Of a DNA stretch of 45,026 bases, positions 34,557 through 44,951 are shown piece after piece. The first letter of the stretch is position 1; each line of letters opens with the position of its first letter. Source of the DNA: Chiloscyllium plagiosum (lineage: Eukaryota); the NCBI RefSeq assembly GCF_004010195.1, contig NC_057719.1, positions 7,193,060 to 7,238,085 on the forward strand, written 5' to 3'. A program made the translations under genes and the position numbers. The notes beneath the pieces are model-generated. The model saw only the letters and a list, made by a program, of their open reading frames with translations, had not been told where the DNA came from and made no database searches.

Positions 34557-35328
34557 GGAAAGTGCGGCCTACAGATGCTGGAGATCAGAGCTGAAAATGT
34601 GTTGCTGGAAAGCCGCAGCAGGTCAGGCAGCATCCAAGGAGCAGGAGAATCGACGTTTCGGGCATGAGCCCTTCTTCAGGAGGTGTGGAGGTGCGGAGGT
34701 GCAGGTGAATTTGTTCCATATTCGCCACAAATTCACCTGCACCTCCACACACATCATTTACTGCATCCGCTGCACCCGATGTGGTCTCCTCTATATTGGG
34801 GAGACAGGTCGCCTACTTGCGGAACGTTTCAGAGAACACCTCAGGGACACCCGGACCAACCAACCCAACTACCCCGTGGCTCAACACTTCAACTCCCCCT
34901 CCCACTCCACCAAGGACATGCAGGTCCTTGGACGACTCCATCGCCAGACCATAGCAACACGACGGCTGGAGGAAGAGCGCCTCATCTTCCGCCTAGGAAC
35001 TCTCCAACCACAAGGGATGAACTCTGATTTCTCCAGTTCCCCCTTGTCTCAGTCAAATCCCTCAAACTCAGCACCGTATTCCTAACCTGCAATCTTCTTC
35101 CTGACCTCTCCGCCCCACCCCCACTCCGGCCTATCACCCTCACCTTGACCTCCTTCCGCCTATCACATTTCCAACGCCCCTCCCCAAGTCCCTCCTCCCT
35201 ACCTTTTATCTTAGCCTGCTGGACACACTTTCCTCATTCCTGAAGAAGGGCTCATGCCCGATACGTCGATTCTCCTGCTCCTCAGATGCTGCCTGACCTG
35301 CTGCGCCTTTCCAGCAACACATTTTCAG
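34557..35328 (+). mobile_element. Penelope family 1 element: inverted pLTR + GIY-YIG domain + pLTR
   Basis: Exact 17-bp TSD CTCATCTCTTAAAGAGG (34540-34556, 35329-35345). Open IIYCIRCTRCGLLYIGETGRLLAERFREH...QPQGMN. Hammerhead-like cores at 34652-34679 (-) and 35240-35267 (+, GAAA mutated to GATA). Confidence 0.95.
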
Positions 35329-36044
35329 CTCATCTCTTAAAGAGGCATTGTCCCAGCATAGCATGCTCAAAACAACAGAGGTGGCTAGTTGGGATTGAAT
35401 GGCCTTTGCTATAAATTAATCAATGTAATGTAAACCCAATTGTTTTCCATACAAGCATTAATTAGTTCGTACCACCTTTCAGGACTGGTTTTCAGGTATG
35501 TCATTACAAGTATCAATGAGGAAGATTGGCATTTGTAAGTCAAAATATGGAATAATATGCAATACACTGTGGAAAAGCCACTTGTGAAATAGAATCTAGA
35601 CACCAGATTCATGGACTTGTAAATTCTACCCTCATTTAACTATCTACTGTCATTCTCATTATCAATATCACATGAAGAATGCTAATGTAACATGCTTCCT
35701 TCCTGTAACTTGTAACCCTCTTTTTCTAAAGTTTTTTTGTCTCATTCCTGCACAGAGGGAAATAATTGAAATAGATATTAAACCTCATCAAGAGTGGCCT
35801 TTGCTAAATTTGAGAGAAATAAATTTGTGTCTATTTTGGGAAAATGTAACTTTTTATCCACTTTTTTTCTCTGGCCATGTGCTGCATGCTTCAGAGTCCA
35901 AGAAAGAAGAATGGATGCTGGCACTCTGAAATTAGAACACAAATTCTGGGAATTCTGTGTCTGTGGGCAAGGTGCTGCCAAACTTAATATTTCAGCATTT
36001 TTGCTTTTATTTGCACTAAAGAGCTTTTATAAAGAAAATACATG

Positions 36045-36115
36045 ACCTCGGGAGATCCCAAAGCATTTTATAGCGTGGTGATAGTTTTGAAGTACATTAA
36101 TGTTGTGGTGTAGCA
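36045..36115 (-). mobile_element. Decayed Deu-SINE (SacSINE1-like) or L2 tail
   Basis: ATCCCAAAGCATTTTATAGC...TTTTGAAGT..TGTTGTGGTGTAG resembles the reverse complement of the tail at 40480-40530. Confidence 0.4.
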
Positions 36116-36524
36116 TGATCTTTTCAAATATTACATTTAAAAATTGCTTAAATGTAAAGGTTCCTTGCAGTGCAGAAATGGTGTCTCATATTTTCCCTGC
36201 CTTCTTGCAAAATTAGTGAGTCAGTACATTAGAGTGTCAGTAAATTGCTCCATCTAGTGGTGTTGATGAAAATTAGTGGATGATTCCCATGAGTAAGTTT
36301 GACTTCAGAAAAAAAGTGTAGATTTCTGGTGACCAACTGGTTTGAGGTTTCAGGATTTTTCTATTCAAACTGAAGGGTTAACTTAAGATTTTTCTTTCTA
36401 AAATAGTACTGTGTGTGAATTGTATACTGAATTCAACGTGAGACTATTTTTCCTCAGGTGTTTGGAACTCTAGTTAATGAAGGGAGGAGAGTCTGCATTT
36501 TTTTTAGGTAGAGCTGGAATCATA

Positions 36525-36670
36525 GTAAGCAAGGGTTGAAAAATTATCAAAATTAGGCAGGAGTGAGAGTGTGGAGTTTGAGGTGACAATATGATCACCC
36601 GTGATCTGCTTCAACATGGGAGTAGCCTCGAGGAACTGAATGGCCTACTCCCCCGGTTTGTTTGGTCATA
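36525..36670 (+). mobile_element. Decayed CR1 3' UTR
   Basis: CTCGAGGAACTGAATGGCCTACTCC terminal motif; related to 6145-6260. Confidence 0.6.
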
Positions 36671-37215
36671 TGTATTTTTTTTTCGTAATGGCTGTCAGAC
36701 AATTTATTTTATTCTGACAAGTCTATCATTTATTTGCATTGTTTGGAACCTTACTGTGATTTGAACTGCTGTAATTCAACCAAGGGTGAGCCAGCAAATG
36801 TTGTTAAATTAACTAATATAATCTATGATGTGAACCTTGAGTATGCAAAGCAGAGTTGATAATAGATAGTAACTGCAATTGATAGTTCCTTCCTTTTTAC
36901 TGAAGCATGAGAGTTACAATTTTTGATTTTAGCCTCAGTTCTTGGGTAGGAATGTTTCTGAATGGACCTGGTCATTGCTTCAATGTAGAAGCAGTCATTA
37001 GTTGAAACCAAGCAAAGGTCAAAATCTGAGTAAGTTAGTGTCTGTATGTCAGTAATGACTGTACACTTTCATTTGTTCAGGCCTAGCATGATCAGCTGTG
37101 CTGTCATCCAGCATCACTGCGTCCCTTAGCAGTTTCGCTCCAGGGCAGTTGAGATGGTCTGTCAGGGCAGATGTTCCATTCAGCTAGTTCACTGGTGGTC
37201 GGAAGCGTATTTACT

Positions 37216-37247
37216 GTTGCTATGTCAACCTCTGTTGCCACGGCAAT
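37216..37247. promoter_or_regulatory. Pair of RFX X-box-like sites
   Basis: GTTGCTATGTCAAC (37216-37229) and GTTGCCACGGCAAT (37234-37247) each differ at 2 positions from GTTGCCATGGCAAC and lie in a CpG-enriched non-repeat segment. Confidence 0.45.
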
Positions 37248-37327
37248 ATTACTGCTTAATGGGTGATGTTGAATATAGTTATAAAAAGATCATTTTTCCT
37301 TTTCCTTGAGTGTACCATCTGTTTCAG

Positions 37328-37424
37328 ATTATTTGTCAACCGACAGAACGTTGCATGAAAAGTCTCGCATTGTCCCTCAAACGGACGTGGACGTGACTGT
37401 TTTATCTGATTGTAGAATTAACAG
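37328..37424 (+). other. Possible host exon (gene unidentified)
   Basis: Pyrimidine-rich acceptor ...CATCTGTTTCAG, one open frame (YLSTDRTLHEKSRIVPQTDVDVTVLSDCRIN) and 6 CpGs in 97 nt; the donor CAG/GTGCTG is weak. Confidence 0.3.
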
Positions 37425-37784
37425 GTGCTGATGCAGAATTTATTGTGCGGATTAAGTTTGTTTTTTGTTTCTGGAGTCTGAATGCTAACATTATAACTGG
37501 CTTTCAGTGACTATTCTCATTGGTGCTGACAGGCAAGTAAAAAGAGCACGTGTGCTTTTATAGAACTCACAAGTGAAGACCATTTGTGTAGTTGGGGGGG
37601 ATGGGGAAGCAATAGTGAATAGTGCCCTCTAGTCTATCTGAGCTGTTATGTATGGGCAACTAATTAATTTTGCTCAGGCTAGGTTATGCAAAACTGAAAT
37701 AGAACATTTCGGATCAAGTTCAACAAAAGGAACAGCACTCAAGATAGTAAGATCCAAAGAGAGTTGAGGATCATTGTGTAATCA

Positions 37785-37905
37785 AAGCAGAAATATTATG
37801 GTTGCTCTGAAACAAATGCAGAGATGCTGGAGAAACTCTGGTTTAGTAGCATCGACAGAGAGAGAAAGAGTTAACATTTGAATCCAGTTTGGCCCTTCAG
37901 AGTCT
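37785..37905 (-). mobile_element. Decayed family-2 PLE pLTR
   Basis: GATGCTGGAGAAACTC..AGCATC..GAGAGAGAAAGAGTTAACATTTGAATCC...CTTCAGA. Confidence 0.6.
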
Positions 37906-38277
37906 GGGTTTATTGAGGATCTGTGTGTAATTGGAGTCTGACACAAACTCCATCTCTCAGGCAAATGTGTATTATCCATGGAAATTAAAAATAAGGATGT
38001 GCTTATATTCTGAAATGCTTTCAAAACAATTTCCACAAAGAGAATCAATCTTTTGAAAAATTGATAATGGTTTTACGAAGATGAAAAGTGAAGGTCGTTT
38101 CCATTATTGGTGAGTAAATCAATAAAAATGACAGACTGAGGAAGAATGGAGAAATTAGTTGTACAGTACAGAAACAGACCCTTTGGACCAAATTCAACAA
38201 TGGAACAGGGCTTTTCTTCCCAAAACTCACTGAAGATACATCGAGAAGTGGATCACTCATTGACAATTGCATTTAAT

Positions 38278-38500
38278 TTTTTTTTTGTGAAATCTGGATA
38301 TCGCTGGAAAGGCCAGCATCTGTTGTCCATCACAATGCGCTCGAGCATTAAAGAGTCAACGAAATTGCTGTGGGTTTGGAGTCGAATGCAGACCAGAGAA
38401 TTTAAGTTTCAGGTTCATGGTGGGATTTGAACGCATGTCCCCAGAGCATTATCCTGTAGATTACTAGTCTAATGACATAGTCACAAAGACATTGTCTCCT
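38278..38500 (-). mobile_element. tRNA-derived SINE (family B), internally deleted
   Basis: GGTGGGATTTGAACGCATGTCCCCAGAGCATTA...GATTACTAGTCTAATGACAT is the reverse of the head; a T-rich tail lies at the left. Confidence 0.7.
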
Positions 38501-38519
38501 CTGGACTACTCCACGCAGA

Positions 38520-38655
38520 CATATTACTTTTGCCTCTAAGTTCTTGGATTCAAGTTCTATTTCAGAGACTTGGGCCCACAATCCAGGCTGATTGTCCAGC
38601 ACCATTCTGAGTGAGTTTAATCAAACCCCAATCTGATCTTTAAAATGGATGTAAC
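38520..38655 (+). mobile_element. Decayed Deu-SINE (SacSINE1-like) head
   Basis: GCCTCT...GGATTCAAGT...CAGAGACTTG...AATCCAGGCTGA...TGGATGTAA follows the recalled SacSINE1 layout; related pieces at ~2695-2765 (-) and 40375-40560 (+). Confidence 0.5.
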
Positions 38656-38866
38656 ATTTTTTTTTAGTTTGATGTATTGTTGTCACATGTATCTAGGTAA
38701 AGTGAAAAGTTTTGTTTGAATGCAGTGCAGGCAGATCATACCATACAAAGTGTGTTAGGGTAATAAAACAGAGCGAGGAATACAATGTTACAATGCAACG
38801 AAGGTGCACAAAGAGTGAGATCAACATTTAAATTTAGAATTTGAGGTCCATTCAGAAGTCTGATAA

Positions 38867-40035
38867 GCAATCAGTGACGAGTGGTGTGTTGGAACCACGT
38901 TTATTGACAATTCATAGCGATGATTTAGAGTTGGGGACCATGGTGTAGGGTGTCAAACTTTGCAGAGGAACGTAGATACATTGAATGAGTGGGCAAAGGT
39001 CTGGCAGATGGAATACAATGTTAATAAATGTGAAGTCATCCATTTTGGCAGGAGTAACAGTAAAAAGGATTATTACTTGAATGGTAAAAAGTTGCAGCAT
39101 GCTGCTATGCAGAAGGTCCTGGGTGTCCTTGTGTATGAATCATAGAGCGTTGGTCTACAGGTACAAGAAGTAATTAGGAAGGCAAATGGAATTTTGTCCT
39201 TCATTGCTAAATGGATTGAGTTTAAAGACAAGATTATGTTGCAGATGTACAGGGTGCTGGAGTACTGCATGCAGTTTTAGTCTCCTTACTTGAGAAAGGA
39301 TGTACTGGCAGTGGAGAGGGTGCAGAGGAGGTTCACTAGGTTGATTCTAGAGTTGAGGGGGTTGACTTATGAGCAGAGATAGTAGACTGGAATTATATTC
39401 ATTGGAATTCAGAAAAATGGGGGGATTTCTTATTGAAACATATAAAATTATGAAGGGAATAGATAAGAGGGAGTAGAGAGGATGTTTCCACTGGCAGGTG
39501 AGTTTTAGTCTCCTTACTTGAGAAAGGATGTACTGGCAGTGGAGAGGGTGCAGAGGAGGTTCACTAGGTTGATTCTAGAGTTGAGGGGGTTGACTTATGA
39601 GCAGAGACAGTAGACTGGAATTATATTCATTGGAATTCAGAAAAATGAGGGGGTATCTTATTGAAACATATAAAATTATGAAGGGAATAGATAAGAGGGA
39701 GTAGAGAGGATGTTTCCACTGGCAGGTGAAACTATGACAAGAGGGCACAGCCTCAAGATTAGAGAGAGCAGATTTAGGACTAAATTGAGAAGGAACCTCT
39801 TCACCCAGAGGGTTGTTAATCTGTGGAACTCCCTGCCAGTGAAGTAGCTGACGCTACTTCAGTAAACGTTTTTAAAGCTAAGGTAGATTTACTTTGAACA
39901 ATAAAGGAGTTAAGGGATACAGTGAGAGAGTGGGTAAGTGGATCTGAGTCCATGAAAAGATCAGCTATGATGTAACAGAATGGTGGAACAGGCTCGAAGG
40001 GCCAGATGGCCTACGCCTGCTCCTAGTTCTTGTGT
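38867..40035 (+). mobile_element. CR1 LINE fragment
   Basis: LQRNVDTLNEWAKVWQMEYNVNKCEVIHFG and a 3' UTR ending GATGGCCTACGCCTGCTCCTAG. Confidence 0.92.
39273..39728 (+). repeat. Tandem duplication, 2 x 228 bp, inside CR1
   Basis: 39273-39500 and 39501-39728 both run AGTTTTAGTCTCC...CACTGGCAGGTG with only a few differences. Confidence 0.95.
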
Positions 40036-40899
40036 ATAACAGTGAGGAAGAAGTTGTTGTTGAATCTGTTCATGCGTGTGTTAAAGCTTTTGTATCTTCT
40101 GTCTAATGGAAGAGGTTGGAAAAGCTTATAATTGGGGTGGGAGGAGTCTTTGATTAGGTTGGCTGCCTTCCCAAACAGCAAGAAGTATCATTGGAGTCCA
40201 TGGATGGAAGCTTAGCTTACATGGTGAACTGGTCTGTGTTCACAACTGTCCGCAATTTCTTATGGTCCTGGGTAGACCAGTTACTACACCAAGCCATGAT
40301 GCATCAGATAGCTGAATTTCCTTAGCCTCCTGAGGAAGTAGAGGCATTGTTATCTTTTCTTGATCCTAGGATATCTTTGCACTATTCCAAAAAGAGTTGA
40401 TATTCTTGAAAATATTTTATCCTTCATCGACAAGACATAATGCTATTCTTGGAACCTTCTGTGCACATTGTCTGCTATGTTTGTGACATTACAAAACAAA
40501 TATTGATTGTGCTTTGGACATCTTGTTGAAGGGAGGTGCAAAAATAAGTAGAATTTCATACAGCATCTAAAGCACTGCTACTGAACACATGGCAAAATGC
40601 TAGCTAGTTTTTGAGTTGATAGTCTTTAAGTTAACCCCTTACCTACATATATAGTTTAACAGTGAAAGATGTTAATAGATCATTTTTCAACGAGAAGCCA
40701 CAATCGTGAAGTTTCAGTACTTGATCCAAAGAATTTCCAACCAGCATTCAATTTTCTTGTGGCAAGCTTCATGTCAGAAAATCTTCAAATGTTAATTTCT
40801 TAGTTTTATCTTGTTGGTCATCAAGTGAGGTGCAAGTTGAAGATAGGTGCTTTTCAATGAGTAGAAAATCTCTTGCAGAGTTTATAGCTGCTTGTATAA

Positions 40900-41250
40900 A
40901 ATAGTACCGGAGGAGATCATTCAACCCATCATGCATGTGCCAGCTCTTTACAACTATCCAATTAGTCTCACTGCCTTGCGCTCTCCCGATAGACCTTAAA
41001 ATTTATACTTTTTAAGTATTTATCCAGTTCTTTTTGATCATAATTTGCGGTGTTCATTAAAACAAAATCTTCTCCCGTAGTTCTTTTTAAGGAGTTGCCT
41101 TAAAACCAGGTCCTGTAATCACTGATGTGACTTTGAAAACAGTTTATCCTTATTTACTTTATCAAGTCTTCAGTTCAAACCCTTCTATTAAATCTTCTTT
41201 TAACCTCTTCTATAAACAATTCAGGCTTCTTCTATGCAAAACTGAGGTTT
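40900..41250 (-). mobile_element. Highly decayed CR1
   Basis: GGAGATCATTCAACCCATCATGCATGTGCCAGCTCTTT 3' motif, related to 13950-14030. Confidence 0.5.
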
Positions 41251-41294
41251 CCTGAGAGTGATAGTATTTTCAAGTTGCAATATGGTTATTCCAT

Positions 41295-42005
41295 GGAAAC
41301 ATAGAAAATAGGAGCAGGATTAAGCCAATCACTTCTGCAAGCCTGTTTTGCCATTCAATATGACCATGCTGACCATCCAATTCCGTACCCTGCTTTCCCC
41401 CTTTCTCTCCATACCCTTTGATCCCTTCAGCCTTAAAACTGTTTCTTGAAAGCATTCAATGTTTTAACCTCAACCACTTTGTGATTGAAAGAGTGGTCAG
41501 TATGTGGAATTTTCTGAGAATGCCCGACCATGTATCCTGAGGCTGTGTTCCCTGGTTCTGAAGTACCCAGTCATCAGGAACATCCTGCCTGCATTAACCC
41601 TCTCCAGTCCTGTTAGAATTTTATAGGTTTCTATGAGATCCCAACCCCTCATTCTTCTAAATGTCCTAGCTAATCCAATTTCCTTGCCTATGTCAGTTCT
41701 GCCATCCAGGGATCCGTCCGGTAAACTGCATTTGCACGAACTCCATAGCCAGAGCCGCCTCCTTCATTTAAGGAAACCAAAACAGCACACAATACTCCAA
41801 GAGTTGTCTCACCAAGGCCTTTTGCAACTGCAGCAAGTCATCTCTGCTTCAGTATTCAAATCCTTTCACTGTGAAAGCCAGCATACCATTTGCCACCTTC
41901 ATCGCCAGCTGCAGCTTAATGATTAATTTCAGCAACTGATGTACAAGGACAACCGGGTCCCTATCTCAATCTGTCACCATTCAGATATAATCGACCTGTC
42001 TGTTT
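41295..42005 (-). mobile_element. CR1 LINE fragment
   Basis: GAAACATAGAAAATAGGAGCAGGA terminal repeat; AAACAGCACACAATACTCCA (LEYCVLF). Confidence 0.8.
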
Positions 42006-42162
42006 AAAATCTCAAATACTGGTGAATAGCACACAATTGGAAATCCTTAAATAGCATTGTAAGGCATAGTGGGTGATAGACCAAGTCTAAGTTTATTTAA
42101 ATTTAAAAATGGTGAATAACATGTTCAAAGACATTGCACGGAAATAATCTGGCATTTTAAAA

Positions 42163-42330
42163 AGAGAAACAAAAACAGAAACTGCTGGAAAAGCTCAGCA
42201 GATCTGGCAACACCTGTGGAGAGAAATCAAATTTGAAGTTTTGGGTCTAGTGAGCCTTTCTGAGAAGTGATGGTAGCTAGGAAAAAAAGGGTGGGGGAGA
42301 ATGGGTAAGGAGTAAATGATAGCTGGAAGT
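42163..42330 (-). mobile_element. Family-2 PLE pLTR remnant
   Basis: Homologous to 6613-6735, including GATGGTAGCTAG. Confidence 0.75.
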
Positions 42331-44090
42331 AGATTCATAGAGTCACACAAAATGGAACCAGATCCTTCGGTCTAACCAGTCCATGCTGACCATATTCCCA
42401 AGCTAATCTAGTCCCACCTCCCTGCACTTGACCCATATCCCTCCAAACCTTTCCTATTCATTAACTTATCCAAATGACTTTCAAACATTGCAACTGTACC
42501 AGCATCCACCACTTTATTTGGCAGTTTATTCCACACATTAACCATTTTCTGTGTTTTAAAAAAAAGCCCCTCTCATTCTTTTCAAATCTTTCTCCTATCA
42601 CCTTAAAAATATGTCCCTAGTTCTGAATTCCCCCACCCGAGGGAAATGACCCTTGTCATTCACCTCATCTATGCCCACGTGATTTTATAAACCTCAATAA
42701 GGTCACCCCTCAACCTCCTACACTCCAGTGAAAAATGTCCTAGTCTTTCCAGTCTATTTTTATGTAATAAACCCTCTGTTCCCAGCAACATCCTGGTAAA
42801 CCTTTCCTGAACCCTCTCCAGTTTAATAATAATTTTCCTATGACATGGCAACCAGAACAGCACACAACATTCCACAAGAGGTATCACCAAAGTCCTGTAC
42901 AACCTCAACATTACAGTCCAACTCCTATACTCAAAGGTCTGAGCAATGAATGCAAATGTGCTAAATGCCTTCTATCTCTTAGACAAATTTCAATGAATTG
43001 TGTACCTGAACCCCTAGGTCTCTCTCTCTTCTACAGCACTACCCAGGGCCTTACCAATAATTGTACAAGCAATGTCCTTGTTTGTATTAATATCTGAATT
43101 AAACTCCATCTGCCACTTCTCAATCCATTGACCCAATTGGTGAAGATCTCTCTGTAATCTTAATAACCTTCACTGTCCACGATAGTATCAATTTTGGTGT
43201 TACCTGCAAACTTACGAACCAGGCCTCCTATATTTTCATCCAGATAATTTATACAAATGACAAACAAAAGTGGGCCCAGTACTGATCCCTTTGAAACACC
43301 TCTGGTCACAGGCCTCCAGTCCAAAAACCAGCCTTCGATCACTACCCACGTCTCCTATCATAAAGCTAATTTTGTATTCAATTAGCAAGCTCACCCTGAA
43401 TCCCATGTGATCTAACTTTACTAATGAGTTTACAATGTGGACCCATGTCAAAGCTTTTATGAAAGTCCAAGTAAATGACATCTACCACTCTGCCCTCATC
43501 AATCTTTTCAGTTGCTTTATTTAAAAACTCAATCAAGTTTGTGAGACATGACTTTCCTTGCTGATTGACAAAACCATGCTGATTATCACTAATCAACCCT
43601 TGTCTATTCAAATGCATGTAAATCATATCTTTTCAGAATCATCTCCAACAACTTACCCACTATTGATGTCAGACTCACAGATGTGTAGTTTCCAAGCTTC
43701 TCCTTTCAGCCTTTCTTAAACAATGACATATACCCATTGTTAATTACAATTAGGTGCCCTCCAGTTCTTTACCCATGTTTAGAGATTATACAAATATTTC
43801 TGCCAGGGACCCCGCTATTTCTTTCCCAACTTCCCACAACATCCAGGGATACACTTGATCAAGGTCCTGGAGATTTATCTATCTTTGTTTTCTAAGACCT
43901 CCAGCATTTCCTCTTACGTAATGTGAACTTTTCAAAACATTAATATTTATTTCCCTGAGTTCTCGAACCTACATTTCTTTCTCAACAGTAAAAACTAACA
44001 AAATATTCATTTTAATATTTTTCCCATATCCTGAGATTCAAAGCAAAGATTACCTCATTGATCTTTCAGGGGTCCTACTCTCTCTGCAGT
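42331..44090 (-). mobile_element. CR1 LINE, long RT pseudogene
   Basis: NQHGFV..KSCLTNLIEF...VDVIYLDFHKSFD, GVSKGSVLGPLLF, KFAGNTKI and LYRTLVIPLVECCVLFW motifs. Confidence 0.95.
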
Positions 44091-44095
44091 TGCTT

Positions 44096-44951
44096 AATAG
44101 ACAATAGGTGCAGGAGTAGGCCATTCTGCCCTTCAAGCCTGCACCTCTATTCAATATGATCATGGCTGATCATCCTTAATCAGTATCTGTTCCTGCCTTA
44201 TCTCCATAACCCTTGATTCCACTATCCTTGAGAGCTCTATCCAACTCTTTCTTAAATGAATCCAGAGACTGGGCCTCCACTGCCTCTGGGGCAGAGCATT
44301 CCACACAGCCAACACTCTCTGGGTGAAGAAGTTTCTCCTCATCTCTGTCCTAAATGGTCTACCCCGTATTTTTAAGCTGTGTCCTCTGGTTCGGCACATA
44401 CCCATCAGCGGTATGTTTCCTGCCTCCAGAGTGTCCAATCTTAATAATCTTATGTCTCAATCAGATCCCCTCTCAGTCTTCTAAACTCAAGGGTATACAA
44501 GCCCAGTCGCTCCAGTCTTTCAGCGTAAGGTAGTCCCGCCATTCCAGGAATTGACCTTGTGAACCTACGCTGCACTCCCTCATGTCTTTCCTCAAATTTG
44601 GAAACCAGAACTGCACACAATACTCCAGGTATGGTCTCACCAGGGCCCTGTACAGCTGCAGAAGAACCTCTTTGCTTCTATACTCAATTCCTCTTGTTAT
44701 GAAGGCCAGCATGCTATTAGCCTTCTTCACTACCTGCTGTACCTGCATGCTTACCTTCATTGTCTGGTGTACAAGAACACCCAAATCTCTTTGTACTGCC
44801 CCTTTACCTAAATTGATTCCATTTAGGTAGTAATCTGCCTTCCTGTTCTTGCCACCAAAGTGGAAAACCATACATTTATCCACATTAAACTGCATCTGCC
44901 ACTCACCTAACTTGTCCAGGTCACCCTGTAATCTCCTAACATCCTCATCAC
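44096..44951 (-). mobile_element. CR1 LINE fragment (different subfamily)
   Basis: LQGDLDKLGEWQMQFNVDKC...LYRALVRPYLEYCVQFW and TRGHSLKIRGRPFRTEMRRNFFTQRV; AATAGACAATAG tail. Confidence 0.95.

Larger units (their letters stand above)
38660..40365 (-). mobile_element. Rex1/Babar LINE 3' part split by CR1
   Basis: The rejoined minus frame reads LFQPLPLDRRYKSFNTRMNRFNNNFFLTVI|RLLNG; ATAA is duplicated at 38863-38866 and 40036-40039. Confidence 0.8.

Noticed and set aside
619..35328. Recurring palindromic ~30-nt repeat suggesting a CRISPR array or rho-independent terminators
   Set aside because: Copies are dispersed, lie in both orientations and are embedded in PLE termini with TSDs; there are no regular spacers or cas genes and the context is eukaryotic.
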